From Rebecca billardiae RCC1528 (Eukaryota > Protista > Haptophyta): 64,000 bases of DNA. The position numbers and the translations under genes are program-made. How positions within the stretch are numbered: the stretch's first letter is position 1; each line of letters starts with the position of its first letter. Below the pieces are notes generated by a model that ran no database searches, was not told where the DNA came from, and worked only from the letters and a program-made list of their open reading frames with translations. The stretch covers positions 1,426,001 to 1,490,000 of the forward strand of contig OZ251231.1 of NCBI GenBank assembly GCA_965240325.2, given 5' to 3'. This document shows positions 1 to 11,060 of the stretch, in pieces.

Positions 1-3000
1 GTCCTCTGCGACCCCCACAAGAGAGACCAGCTCTCCGTCTGGGACCTGGAGCGCCTCACGCAGGTGTGCGTGATCCAGAACGACGTCAAGATGATCGCTC
101 ATCAGGTGCCGATCTCCATCGTGGACGGGCTGTGCCGCTGGGCTGTGTCCACGTGCGAGCAGAGGCGGCTCTACTTGTGGGACCTCTCCTCGGGCGCGTG
201 CGTGCGCTCGGTCGACGCCGACAGAGGCAGCGGCGTGACCAAGCTGACGCTCTCCGACGCCGATGGCGGCTGCCGCTGGGTGCTGTGCGGCACAGCCAAC
301 GGCCAGTTGGGGCTGTGGGACATGCAGGCGGGCGAGTGTGTGCGCACGCTCGAGGGCCACACGGGCGCGATCACAGAGCTGCAGTTCTCGAGCGCGGACG
401 GCGGCTGCCGCTGGGCGCTATCCGGATCGCAGGACGGCACTCTGCGGCTGTGGTCCCTCGCCATGCCCACCCGCGCTGCGCGCCCGATATGCGGGCTGCC
501 AGTGCGACCATGTGCTGGCGTGGTCGAGGCGATGGATGCGCTGAGGTGGGCAAGCGCGCGCGCGCGCAAGGCGCTCTCGGCCGCTCTGGACACGATTCGC
601 GCGCGCACCAACGGGAAGAGCCCGCCCGACGTCACGCTGATCAAGCGACGCGACGCGCTGCGTGCCGAGCTGTGCGCCGCCCTCGAGGCGCAGAGCGCTT
701 CGGCGCGAGCCGCGCTCGCCGACGCGCGCGCGCAGGCGGAGGCTCTGCGAGGCGAGGCGCGCGCGCTGCTCGCCGCGCTCGAGCTGAGCGAGACGGCCGC
801 GGAGCCGCTGGCGTCTGGGGCGACGCTGGCATCGTCGCTCTCCCTGTGCATCGGCCGCGCCATCCGCGCGCACGACCAGGCGTCAGCAGCTGACCTCGCT
901 GGGCGTGGGGCCGTGAGGGCCGCTTGGCACGCGGTGCACGCGGCGGTGGCGCTCGCCGCAGCCGCGGCGCACACCAGTCCAGGGAACTCGGCACTCGCGT
1001 CCGCGTGGGCGCGGGCCATCCCCATACTTCACGCGGCTGTGGCAGCGCCTGCGGCTGAGGCCTCGCTCGCCGACGTAGCTCTCGCCCACGCGAGCGCGTG
1101 CGACGAGCTCGCGGCCACGGCGGACGCCGCACGCGGCCTCGCTCGCGAGGTGGCCAGCGAGGCGGAGGCGGAGCTGCGCACGGCGCGCGCGCTGCCGACG
1201 ACTGAGATCGCGCACGGCCTGGAGCTTCGCGAGAGCGAAGGCGCGGCGCGCCGAGCGAGGCGCGCGCTCCGCGACGCACGGCGCACGCTGGAGGACGCGC
1301 ACGAGGACAGCGGCGACGTCGACGCGGCGCAGCGAGCGCTCGTCGACGCACGGCGCGCCGCGCAGCGCGCGCAGCGCGTACACGAGGCAGCCGTCGCGCG
1401 CCTCTTCGAGTGGGCTGCCGGACCGTTCCCCGAGCTGCCGGGCATTCTGCCTGAGATCTTTGGCGGCGGCGGGGAGGCGCTGCCGCCGGGCGCGCGCGCC
1501 GGCCTGCTGCACGGGCGCTCGCTCGAGCAGTACGAGCGCATCACGTGGCCCGACGGCGCGGAGCCGCCGCGTGGGCGGCACGAGGTGCTGCCGTGCACGT
1601 ACGCGGCCGAGCGCGTCGTGCTCAAGGCGTACCCGCTGGCGCGCGACTCGGAGCGGCGGGCGCTGGAGCGCGAGGCGGCCATCGTGCGCGCGCACCCGCA
1701 CCCACACGTCGCGCGCGTGCACGGCGTCTTCAGCTGCGCGCCCAGCGGCGCGGCTGAGTGGCGCGCGTACGTGCAGACGCCCCTCTACTCGGGCGGCGCG
1801 CTGAGCGGCTGGCTCGAGCGCGAAGCGACAGCGCCGCCCGAGGCTGTGCGCGGCGTGGCGCCCTGCGCGCTCCTCGACCCGAGCCATGCGCGCGTCGCCA
1901 CCACGCGCGTCTGCGCGCTGCGCCACCTCGTCGCCGCGCTCGCGCATCTGCACGCGCACGGCATCGTCCACGCCGACGTCAAGCTCGAGAACGCCTTTGT
2001 GCAGCTGCCGGGCGACGATGCGGCCCACTCCGCGCTCGGCGAGCGTGAGTGCTTCCGCGTGCTGCTTGGCGACTTTGACCTGGCGCGCGCCGAGGGCGGG
2101 CAGGAGGACGCAGCGGGCGTGACGACCCGCGCGCTCGCTGGGACGGATGGCCACATGGCGCCCGAGCTGCTCGTGCCCGGCGCGAGGGCGACGGCGGCGT
2201 CGGACGTGTTCGCGCTTGGCGTGTGCGTGCTGCGCGCGCTCGCCGCGGACGAGGCGACGCACGCCGCGGTGCTGCGCACCGCGGAGGGCGCACGCGCCGC
2301 CGCCGCCGCGCTTGGCGAGCCTCTCATCTGCGCCGCGCTGCACGAGTCAGCGCAACGCCGCCCGTCCGCTGCCGAGCTCCAGGCGGCGGCGATCTTCGGC
2401 GCGAGCGACGACGCGCTGCGCGAAGAGGCGGCGGCGCGCGCCGCGCGCGACGCAGAGGCCGCGCGGCTGCCGGCGCGGAGCTGCGCTGTGTGCCTGGACG
2501 AGCTGCTACCGGCTGAGCGCGGCATCGAGTGCGCGGCCGCGCACTTTGTCTGCGTGGAGTGCCTCTCTGCACACGTGCTCGCGTGCGCGCGCGCCGACGT
2601 GCACGGCGGAGGGGGCGCACGCCTCGATGCCGCCGGCGGCGTGCCGTGCGTCGAGCACGGCTGCGCGCACAGCTACCTGCCCGGAGCGCTCGCGCGCCAT
2701 TGCGCGCGCGCCTCCTTCGACGAGTACTGGTCCGCCCGCGAGTCCATCGCCGAGACGAGGATCGCAGCGCGCGTCGAGGCGGGCGTGGAGGCGCGCGTGC
2801 GCGCCGAGGCCGAGCGACTTGCACGCCTCCCGCCCGCGGAGCGCGAGCGAGCGCGGCACCGCGCGCACATCGTCGAGCACATCCTCACGCTCAAGTGCCC
2901 GCGCTGCGGCATGGCGTTTGCCGAGTGGCTCGACGGCGCGCTCGGGTTCGTCGGCTGCTGCGCGCTCGTCTGCGCGCGCGAGGCATGTGGCTGTCACTTC

Positions 3001-3312
3001 TGTGCCTTCTGCCTGGCGGACTGCGGCCGCGATGCGCACGCGCACGTGCGCAGCTGCGCATTCGGCAATGGCACGTACTTCACCTCCCGCGCGGCGTTCG
3101 AGGAGGCGCAGCGCTCGCGGCGCGTGCGCGCGATCCGCCAGTATCTGGACGACGACGTCGTGGGGGGGGCGGGCGCGCAGGGCGCGGCGGCGCAGCACCT
3201 TCTTTGTGCGCAGGTGGTCCATGATCTCGAGCAAGAGCTGCAAGACCTCCGCATCGACCCAGCCGACGTGAGCAGCCGTGCTGCTGCATCAGCATCATCG
3301 CGTCGTGGATGA
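1..3312 (+). CDS. WD40-repeat / helical linker / protein kinase-like / RING + RBR-RING2-like fusion protein (5' end outside window)
   Basis: The frame is open from base 1 (VLCDPHKRDQLSVWDLE...). WD40 signatures are LYLWDL, GQLGLWD and GHTGAITEL...SGSQDGTLRLW. Kinase motifs are VVLK, HADVKLEN, GDFDL, GTDGHMAPE and SDVFALG. A RING (CAVC...C..H..C..C...C...C) is followed by CPRC...GCCALVC...C.C.FCAFC...DAHAHV..C. Confidence 0.85.
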   Translation, partial: VLCDPHKRDQLSVWDLERLTQVCVIQNDVKMIAHQVPISIVDGLCRWAVSTCEQRRLYLWDLSSGACVRSVDADRGSGVTKLTLSDADGGCRWVLCGTANGQLGLWDMQAGECVRTLEGHTGAITELQFSSADGGCRWALSGSQDGTLRLWSLAMPTRAARPICGLPVRPCAGVVEAMDALRWASARARKALSAALDTIRARTNGKSPPDVTLIKRRDALRAELCAALEAQSASARAALADARAQAEALRGEARALLAALELSETAAEPLASGATLASSLSLCIGRAIRAHDQASAADLAGRGAVRAAWHAVHAAVALAAAAAHTSPGNSALASAWARAIPILHAAVAAPAAEASLADVALAHASACDELAATADAARGLAREVASEAEAELRTARALPTTEIAHGLELRESEGAARRARRALRDARRTLEDAHEDSGDVDAAQRALVDARRAAQRAQRVHEAAVARLFEWAAGPFPELPGILPEIFGGGGEALPPGARAGLLHGRSLEQYERITWPDGAEPPRGRHEVLPCTYAAERVVLKAYPLARDSERRALEREAAIVRAHPHPHVARVHGVFSCAPSGAAEWRAYVQTPLYSGGALSGWLEREATAPPEAVRGVAPCALLDPSHARVATTRVCALRHLVAALAHLHAHGIVHADVKLENAFVQLPGDDAAHSALGERECFRVLLGDFDLARAEGGQEDAAGVTTRALAGTDGHMAPELLVPGARATAASDVFALGVCVLRALAADEATHAAVLRTAEGARAAAAALGEPLICAALHESAQRRPSAAELQAAAIFGASDDALREEAAARAARDAEAARLPARSCAVCLDELLPAERGIECAAAHFVCVECLSAHVLACARADVHGGGGARLDAAGGVPCVEHGCAHSYLPGALARHCARASFDEYWSARESIAETRIAARVEAGVEARVRAEAERLARLPPAERERARHRAHIVEHILTLKCPRCGMAFAEWLDGALGFVGCCALVCAREACGCHFCAFCLADCGRDAHAHVRSCAFGNGTYFTSRAAFEEAQRSRRVRAIRQYLDDDVVGGAGAQGAAAQHLLCAQVVHDLEQELQDLRIDPADVSSRAAASASSRRG

Positions 3313-3326
3313 GCTTGTGCGCGTCT

Positions 3327-3376
3327 CTGTACGGCGGTACAAAGTAAACTGTACGGCGGTACAAAGTAAACTGTAC
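3327..3376. repeat. 22-bp tandem repeat (ctgtacggcggtacaaagtaaa x2 plus partial)
   Basis: Directly visible at 3327-3348, 3349-3370 and 3371-3376, with degenerate derivatives to about 3420. Confidence 0.9.
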
Positions 3377-3454
3377 CACCGCCCTTGACTGTACGGTACA
3401 AAGTACAGTGTACTTACAGTAGATGTGGCTGAATCGGAATCGATCTGCGCCGCG

Positions 3455-5062
3455 ATGGCGGGCGACGATGCCGGGGTGCGCATGCTCCGGCGCGCGGCGG
3501 GGCGGGGCGACGCACGTGCGACCTTCCTGCTGGCGAGGCGCACCGAATCGGGCGACGGCGTTGCACAGGACGTCGGCGAGGCGGTTCGCCTCTATGTTCT
3601 CGCTGCGAATCGCGGGTTTGCGCAAGCGCAGCAACGGGTGGGCGAGATTCACGCGGCCATGCTGAATTGGACAGAGGCCGCGCTCTGGTACGGGCTGGCG
3701 GCCGAGCAGGGCTACGCAGCTGCGCAATTCGACCTGGGCATGTGCTACAAACGAGGCGAGGGCGTGCAGCAGGATATGGCCGAGGCGGTGCGCTTGTACC
3801 GGCTGGCGGCAGAGCAGGGCTACGGAGTTGCGCAGTACAACCTGGGCGTGTGCTACGCACGAGGTGAGGGCGTGCCGCAGGAGATGGCCGAGGCGGTGCG
3901 CTGGTCCCGGCTGGCGGCCGAGCAGGGCTACGCAGCTGCGCAGTACATCCTGGGCAGGTGCTACGCACGAGGCGAGGGCGTGCCACATGATATGGCCGAG
4001 GCGGTGCGCTGGTACCGGCTGGCGGCAGAGCAGGGCTCCGCAGTTGCGCAGTACAACCTGGGCGTGTGCTACGCACGAGGTGAGGGCGTGCCGCAGGAGA
4101 TGGCCGAGGCTGCGCGCTGGTACCGGCTGGCGGCCGAGCAGGGCGATGCACGTGCGCAGATTACCCTGGGCGGGTACTACGCAACAGGCCAAGGCGTGCC
4201 GCAGGATATGGCCGAGGCGGTGCGCTTGTACCGGCTGGCGGCCGAGCAGGGCGATGCACGTGCGCAGTTCAGCCTGGGCGTGTGCTTTGAACTAGGCAAG
4301 GGCGTGCCGCAGGATATGGCCGAGGCGGTGCGCTGGTACCGGCTGGCGGCCGAGCAGGGCTACGCAGGTGGGCAGAACGACCTGGGCAGGTGCCACGAAC
4401 AAGGCGAGGGCGTGCCGCAGGATATGGCCGAGGCGGTGCGCTGGTACCGGCTGGCGGCCGAGCAGGGCTACGCAGGTGGGCAGAACAACCTGGGCAGGTG
4501 CCACGAACTAGGCGAGGGCGTGCCGCAGGATATGGCCGAGGCGGTGCGCTGGTACCGGCTGGCGGCCGAGCAGGGCTACGCAGGTGGGCAGAACAACCTG
4601 GGCGTGTGCTACGCACGAGGCGAGGGCGTGCCGCAGGATATGGCCGAGGCGGTGCGCTGGTACCGGCTGGCCATCGACGGCGGCCAGCGACATGCCCACT
4701 TGGGATTGGCGCGCCTGCTGCTTGCAGGCGGGGCCGTGCAGCGCGACGTGGCGGAGGGAGTGCGGCTGCTGCGCCGCGGGCACGAGCTTGACAGCTCCGT
4801 GGTGGATCCGAGCGAGGTGCTCGGCGACTGTGCCGGAGATCGCGAAGTGGTAGCTGCGTGCTGCATGATGTGCGCCAAGTCGGGCCGTGGCGTGAAGAAG
4901 TGCGAGCGGTGCCTCGTGGCGGTCTTCTGCTGTCGCGAGCACCTGCGGAGCGCGTGGAAAATGCACAAGCCGCACTGCACGGAGTGGCGCGCCGCGGCGG
5001 CGGTGATGACTACAGCTGCGAACCAGACCGAGGCTGCTGCCGACGATGACGACTGCTCATGA
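3455..5062 (+). CDS. Sel1-like repeat protein with C-terminal MYND-type zinc finger
   Basis: About 12 tandem 36-aa SLR units (AQYNLGVCYARGEGVPQDMAEAVRWYRLAAEQG) are followed by CMMC...KKCERC..AVFCCREH...W..HKPHC. The first in-frame ATG is at 3455; the track used GTG at 3425. Confidence 0.92.
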   Translation: MAGDDAGVRMLRRAAGRGDARATFLLARRTESGDGVAQDVGEAVRLYVLAANRGFAQAQQRVGEIHAAMLNWTEAALWYGLAAEQGYAAAQFDLGMCYKRGEGVQQDMAEAVRLYRLAAEQGYGVAQYNLGVCYARGEGVPQEMAEAVRWSRLAAEQGYAAAQYILGRCYARGEGVPHDMAEAVRWYRLAAEQGSAVAQYNLGVCYARGEGVPQEMAEAARWYRLAAEQGDARAQITLGGYYATGQGVPQDMAEAVRLYRLAAEQGDARAQFSLGVCFELGKGVPQDMAEAVRWYRLAAEQGYAGGQNDLGRCHEQGEGVPQDMAEAVRWYRLAAEQGYAGGQNNLGRCHELGEGVPQDMAEAVRWYRLAAEQGYAGGQNNLGVCYARGEGVPQDMAEAVRWYRLAIDGGQRHAHLGLARLLLAGGAVQRDVAEGVRLLRRGHELDSSVVDPSEVLGDCAGDREVVAACCMMCAKSGRGVKKCERCLVAVFCCREHLRSAWKMHKPHCTEWRAAAAVMTTAANQTEAAADDDDCS

Positions 5063-5634
5063 TCGGCTTGAGCTGCAAGCGTTTGCTGCGCATGGACGGA
5101 CTCGGTCCGGTTGGCGGGAGGCGGGCACGTCCCGGTGTCGCCTGTCGGGCAAGAGGAGGCGGCACAGATCTGACAGGACCTCACGCCCCGGGCTCACGGC
5201 GGCAGGACGCAGTCCATGAGGCACGGCACGAGTCCGGCAACCACTGGCCCCGGGGGCGGGCGGGCGGCTGGCTAGTGGCTGGGCGGTGCCCTGCATGCAC
5301 GGCAAGGTGCCGACGAAGGACCGAAGGTGCGCACCGCCAAAGCAGGCGGGCGCAGTATATAGCTACTATACAGCTGACGACAGCCGTCGGAGCCGGCGCG
5401 ACTCGGAGCGGCGAGTCGGAGCACTCGGAGCCGGCCGGCTGATGGCCGGCTGACGCTGACAACGTCACCGGCTGTCCGGCTGACGATAGATATACGTGAT
5501 GATGACTTGTTCGTCACTATATATGGGGGTACTTGACAGGTTACTTGTTGTCCGACGCGCGGCTGGTCGTCAGCCGTCTCAGCTGACTGTCTTAGGACTG
5601 CTGGGTCGGTCTCAGCAGACTCCGACGGTTAAAC

Positions 5635-7173
5635 TTAATCCTCGGCCAGGGCCGCACGGAGGCACCGCGCGAGCGAGCCGACGGCGGGCGCGCCGCCAAA
5701 GTACACGAGCGGGATCCACCAGTCGATGCCGTAGAAGTCGGCGTCGACGTACTCGTACAGCCGCCCGGCGCCGCCGAGCAGCAGCGGCGCGCCGTTGATG
5801 AGGCCGAGCTCGATCAGCGGGCCTCCCACCGCGGTCGCCACGCCGACAGCGGCGCCGACGAGGGTGCGGTCGAAGAGCCACCACGAGGCGAGCGCGCTCG
5901 CGCCGAGCACGCCGCCCACCACGCCCACGTCGCGCACGCCGCTCGCCCACAGCAGCCCCGAGAGCCAGTACTGCGCGGTGAAGAAGCTGATGGCGCGCAG
6001 CGTGTGCGGCGCGCTCGGCGCAGGCAGCACGGGGCGCGTGCGCGTCGAGCCGTCTCCTGGCGTGGCGGTCGCGGCGTCGAGGCCGACGTACAGCCCGCCG
6101 ATCAGCACCGCCGCGAGCGCGAAGAGCGGCGGCACCCACAGCGCGGTGTGCAGCTCGCCGTCCGCCGCGCAGTACCACCGGCCGAGCGGCAGGCTCAGCG
6201 CCAGGGGCGGGTAATATCGGAGTACGCCGAATGCGCCGTGGTAGCCGTCCAGGCACGGGCCGAGGAGCGCGCCGCACACGGCGAGGAGCGGGAGCAGCCG
6301 CGGGGTGGAGAGGGCGGCCAGCGCCGCGCCGCTCGGCGAGCCAGCCTCGCCCTCGCCGCCGGACGGCGCGGGAGGCCCCGTGGGCGAGCGCGCGCCGCCG
6401 GAGCCTAGCATGCTCACAGCAGCGCGCGCGCGGCGCGCGCGCGCGTTGCTGCGCGCCACCGCCGCGGTGGCTGGCGGCGGCGGCGGAGTCGGCAGCTGGC
6501 CGCGACCGAGGTGGTTTACCAGCTCGTGCAGCACGCGCGACCCGTCCGAAGCACGCGCCGCTTCAGCCGCCGAGACGAGCGGCGGCGTGGGGGCGCGCAC
6601 GGCGGCGGCAAAGGCGTGCGCGCCCACCGCGGCCACGCAGCCGCACGCGCGCAGGAGGCCCTGGTCGGAGCTCACCACGCGTGGGGCCGCGCGCGCGCGC
6701 GCGGCGAGCCAGCGCGCGCTCGCGGCGAGCACGTCGTCCGCGCTGTGCGCAGGCCCCGCGCGCACCACCGCGACGCGCGCGCCGTCGGCTGCGCCCGCCA
6801 CCAGCTGCGCACGCAGCGCGTCGCCTCCGTCAAACGCGACGAGGATGCGCTCGGGCAGGCGCGCGCGCGCGGACCACGCGCTGAGGTGCGCGACCAGCTC
6901 ATCCTCGCGAAGCCTGAACGACGTCGCGCCGAGCACGTTCGTCCCATCGACGAGCAGCGCGGGCTCGTCGGCGCTGAGCGCGAGCGCGCGCCGCACCTTT
7001 GCCTGCAGCCGCGTCGAGCCGCCGCGGCCGCCGATGAGAGGCACCGCGGGGCTCGCCGGCGGCGTACGCGAGTGTGGGCGCGACACGCGCGAGCGCAGCG
7101 CTGGGCGCGCGCCGAGCGCGCTGCTCGCCGCGCCGCAGAGCAGGGCGATGACGACGACCACGCCACGCGTCAT
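5635..7173 (-). CDS. Signal peptide + NYN/YacP-like (PIN-fold) domain + INSIG-like multi-pass membrane domain
   Basis: The acidic NYN motifs are LLVDGTNV, VAFDGG, SADDVL and VVSSDQGL. The C-terminal hydrophobic domain has GPCLDGYH, WVPPLF, FDRT...GGPLIE and W.IPLVYF, recalled as typical of the plant/bacterial INSIG-like family. The N-terminus is hydrophobic. Confidence 0.7.
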   Translation of the reverse strand: MTRGVVVVIALLCGAASSALGARPALRSRVSRPHSRTPPASPAVPLIGGRGGSTRLQAKVRRALALSADEPALLVDGTNVLGATSFRLREDELVAHLSAWSARARLPERILVAFDGGDALRAQLVAGAADGARVAVVRAGPAHSADDVLAASARWLAARARAAPRVVSSDQGLLRACGCVAAVGAHAFAAAVRAPTPPLVSAAEAARASDGSRVLHELVNHLGRGQLPTPPPPPATAAVARSNARARRARAAVSMLGSGGARSPTGPPAPSGGEGEAGSPSGAALAALSTPRLLPLLAVCGALLGPCLDGYHGAFGVLRYYPPLALSLPLGRWYCAADGELHTALWVPPLFALAAVLIGGLYVGLDAATATPGDGSTRTRPVLPAPSAPHTLRAISFFTAQYWLSGLLWASGVRDVGVVGGVLGASALASWWLFDRTLVGAAVGVATAVGGPLIELGLINGAPLLLGGAGRLYEYVDADFYGIDWWIPLVYFGGAPAVGSLARCLRAALAED

Positions 7174-7411
7174 CGTCGCGACTGGCGAGCGAACGATGGC
7201 GGCGCGATGATCTTGTGTGCTGCATGCGCCAGGAAAATAAAGAATTTCCGGGTGCTTCTTTCAAGAGAGCGAGGTGTGGGCGCCGCCCCGCGCCGCGGCC
7301 TGCTCGCACAGGCGCGCGCCGCGATCGCCATCGCGCGCGCCGACGCCGAGGCCGGCCGCGCGCACTATATATTTAACTGACTACTATAGTTACTGCTGCT
7401 TAAACTACTGT

Positions 7412-10176
7412 CTACTCATCTGACAGCTCCTTGCGCAGGTACGCCATGCGCGCGTCGATGGTGCTCTCGATGTCAGCCAGCCTGCCGAGCATGCGCTGCA
7501 TCGGGCACTTGTTGCAGTCATGCGCACACGCGTCGCAGCCGTCGGGCCCTGCGGCGCCGACGCGGCCGAGCGCGTGGCCGCCCGCGCTGTGCACGGCGAG
7601 GCTGAAGCTGAGCGGCTCCACCGCGGGGCTCGGTGCCGGGTCGGGCGCCTCTGCGCCGCGCTCAGTGCCGTCGTGCCCCCTCGGCGTCCGCGCCAGCGCC
7701 ACGTGGATACCGTCGAGCCCCGACGGTGGCGGGTCGGCCGGCCCGCTGCCTCCGTCCGCGCCCGCGTCCGCACCGCCGCTGCCGAGACTGGCGGCGGCGC
7801 CGTCGGTGCCGCCGGCAGCCTCGGCGCCGAGCGCTGAGCGCAGCACAAAGGGCACGATCACCATCGCCGTGCTCGGAGCCAGCGCGTGCAGCTCGAGCGA
7901 CACCGGTGTGCCCTCGCCGCCCCCCAGCGCGCTTGCGAGCATCCTCGGCACGCGCCCCATCTGCCCCTGTGGCAGCAGCGCCCTCCCGGCGCGCTGCGCC
8001 TCGAGCGCAGCCAAGCCGAGCCGCACGCACGGGCGCGCGGCGGGCGCGGGCGCGCCCGGGGCGAGCGGGTCGCGGAGGGCGAGCTCGATGACGATCGGGC
8101 CGCCGTGCGGCACGACCAGCTCGTACTGCGGGTTGTCGAAGAAGCTGGGCTCGCTCGGAGGGCCGCCGTCGGTGCCGGGCGGCACCCAGGCGCCGCGCTC
8201 GGATGAGGCGTGCCACGCGCGCGGCGCCTGCACGGCCACCGCGCGCGCGTCACCACCGCCGCGGCCGTCGTCTGCGCACACGTCGAGCTCAAGGAGCAGG
8301 GCGTGCGGCGGGGGTGGCGTGAGCAGGCGGGGCAGCACGACGCACTCGACGACCTCCGCCTCCTCCGCGCCGCCCACGCCGCGCGCCGTGTGCGCCCACG
8401 CCCGCGGAGCAGCAGCCTCGCCCGCGCCGCCGCGCGGCGCTGCGGGCGGCTCGGTGCCGCCGCTGCGCTCTGCGTCACGCGCCGGCCAGAGGAGCAGCGA
8501 GGTGCTCGCCTCAGCGAGCGGCGGCGGCTCGGCGCGCGGCGTGAGGAGCGCGCCCCTCTCGTCCACACCCGCCTGCGCCCAGCTCGCCTCGCGCCACGCC
8601 TCGGCCGACGTCTCAGCCGCCAGTCCGGCCGGCACCGCCGCTTCGGCCGCAGCGGCGCGGCCCTGGCTACGCCCGCCACCGTCACCGCCCGCGCCTCCGG
8701 CTGCAATCGCCGCCGCCCCGACCATCGAGCCGCCCTCGGCGAGCACGGGCGCGCGCTGCGACGCGAGGATGCGCAGCGCGGGCGCCGCGTGCGTGCCGCC
8801 CGCCAGCGCGCTCAGCGGGCGGCACACCACGACGCCCAGCTCGAGGGGAGCGGAGAAGAAGCGGGCGGCGCCGTCGCGCGGCCGCGCGCGCACGCTCACG
8901 CGCACGCGCGCGCCCGCGGCCGCTCGCACCGCCCACTGCGGCGCTGCCTCCGCGCCGCGCGCCGGCTCATCCCACGCGGCGCGTGCGCACGCGCGGGTCC
9001 ACGTCTGGGCCTGCGTGTGCGCGAGCACCACTTCGTCAAAGTGCGTGACGAAATCCTCGTAGCTCAGCCAGGTGCTCTGCGCGTCTGCGGGCGAGGCGCG
9101 CAGCAGCTGGCGCAGCCGCGCGCTCCAGCGGCCGCCGTCGTCCGCCGACCACGGGCCGTGCCAGTCTGCGCGCGGCGCGCCGTCCGCGCGCCGGGCGTCC
9201 GCGTACCGTCCACGCAGGCGGAGGAGGCGGCCTGCGCCCGCCACCTCGCCCCCCGCCACGACGGCGTACACGCGCCCCGCGCACAGCCCGTGCCGCTCCG
9301 CAGCGCTGCCCGGCGCCACGCGCGCGCCCACGACCGCCTCCGCACCGGACGCCCACAGCGCGAGCAGCTGGACCCACAGCAGCTCGTGCGCGCCCCTCGG
9401 CGCGGGCTGCTCGGGCGCAAGAGCGTCGGCGAGCGCGGGCGCCGCGCCGGCGTGGGCGGCAGCCGGCGTGGCGGCGGCGGCGCCGGGCGCGCCAGCGTCC
9501 GCCCCGTCCAGCGCGGGCGCGCCGTGCGCGCCCGCCGCCGCCGCGCGCGGCTCGGGTGCCGCAGCGGGCGCGCGCGGAACGGGGACTGAGCGAGCATCGC
9601 CGCCTGTGAGAAGGCGCAGCGCGGCGTGCGGATGCGCGCCGAGAGCGCCGTCGGCACACGGCAACGAGTACCCGCCGTAGTACTTGGCCACCGCCTTCTC
9701 CAGAATGGCGGCCCACAGCGCGGCGCGCGCGGCGGTGGTGTCCGTGGCGCCGCCCGCGGCAGCCGCGCGCGCCGCGCCGGCGCCGCGTCGCGCGCCCAGC
9801 GGCAGCAGCCCGAGGCAGAGCGGCTCCCCGGTGCGAGCGTCGTGCGGCAGCCTGTCGTCCACGGCGACGAGCGCGCACTCGTCCTCCTCCTCCGCGCCCG
9901 CCCGCGCCAGCGCGCGCGGGTACAGCCGCACCACGTACAGCCCGTGGTGTGCGTGCGCGCTGTGCACGATCGCGCGCCGGACGAGCTGAGGCGCCGCGCC
10001 GCCGAGCAGCGTCAGAGCCTCGTGCAGAGAGGCGTCGCGCCGCGCGCGCGCCGCTGCACGGCCGGAGAGGGGCGGCACAGGGGCGAGCGCGTCATGCGGC
10101 TCTTCGCCCGCGTCTCCGAACAGCGCCGTCCCGCGCGGCGGCCGCCACCACTCGACCTCCCGCCCCGCCGCCGCCT

Positions 10177-10207
<31 letters not shown>

Positions 10208-11020
10208 GCCCGAGGCACCCACCGCCGCCGCCGCCGACCCGCCGGCCGCGGGCTCGCCCCAGAGCGCCCGGGCGGACAGCGGGAACTCCGGGTCCTCGAA
10301 GAGCCCCGCGCCGGCGGGCACGCCGCGCGCGCGGGAGCAGTGGTGCAGCGCGCTCGCCACGAGCGCCTCGAGCTGCTCGCGCTGCGCCGCGCTCAGCGCC
10401 GCGCCCTCGGCGACCAGAACGGCCGAGTGTGGCGGCGGCGGGTGCGCGACCGCGCCGGGCCGCGCGCCGGCGGGAAAGACGCGGGCGAGCGAGCCCTCGG
10501 GCCCGAAGGTCATGCCGACGTCGTCGGTGCCGATCGAGAGGCGGAAACGCCCGCGCACGCCCCGCTCCGAGCAGCACGGCACGACCACGTACGCCTCGCC
10601 CGGCTCGAGCGGCACGAGTGACGCCAGCCGCACGCGCACCGCCGGCGCACGCTGGAACTTCGACGAGGCGACGAGCACGGGCTCGTCGCGCCGGTCGTAC
10701 TCGGCGCGGGTGAGCAGCACGAAGCCGATGGAGAGCCGCGACGCATTCCCCACCATCTGCGACAGCTCGATCTGCAGCGGGCTCGCTGCCACAGGCACCA
10801 GCTCAAAAACTGGATTGGCGCGCCAGCTGCGCAGGTGAGGGCCGCCGCCGCACGCGCCGTCGACCCAGGCGCCGTCAACCATCGCGCCTGCGCGGAGGTG
10901 AAGCGCGCTCGGGTTGGGCGCGGGCGTCGACCGCGCCCACGCGCGTTCTCCCCTCCTGGGCGCCGCCCATGGCGGCGCCGCGCCCGTGGCGCTCGTCGCG
11001 TGCATCCGACGGGCCGCCAT
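7412..11020 (-). CDS. Calpain-like protein (domain III - CysPc - domain III), probably catalytically inactive
   Basis: CysPc motifs are FEDPEFP, GLYVVRLY, VAVDDRLP, LWAAILEKAVAKYYGGY, ALRLLTGG, WHGPWS and TWLSYEDFVTHF. Domain-III motifs are GAW..GGG....W..NPVFEL and GAW...GG.....NPQYEL. The exact start is uncertain. Confidence 0.85.
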
Positions 11021-11060
11021 GCACAGGGCCTGCTCGCAACGGTCGTCAGCTCACGCCACG

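Noticed and set aside
3327-3420. Possible CRISPR-like short repeats
   Set aside because: The units are directly adjacent with no spacers, there are no cas genes, and the context is eukaryotic.
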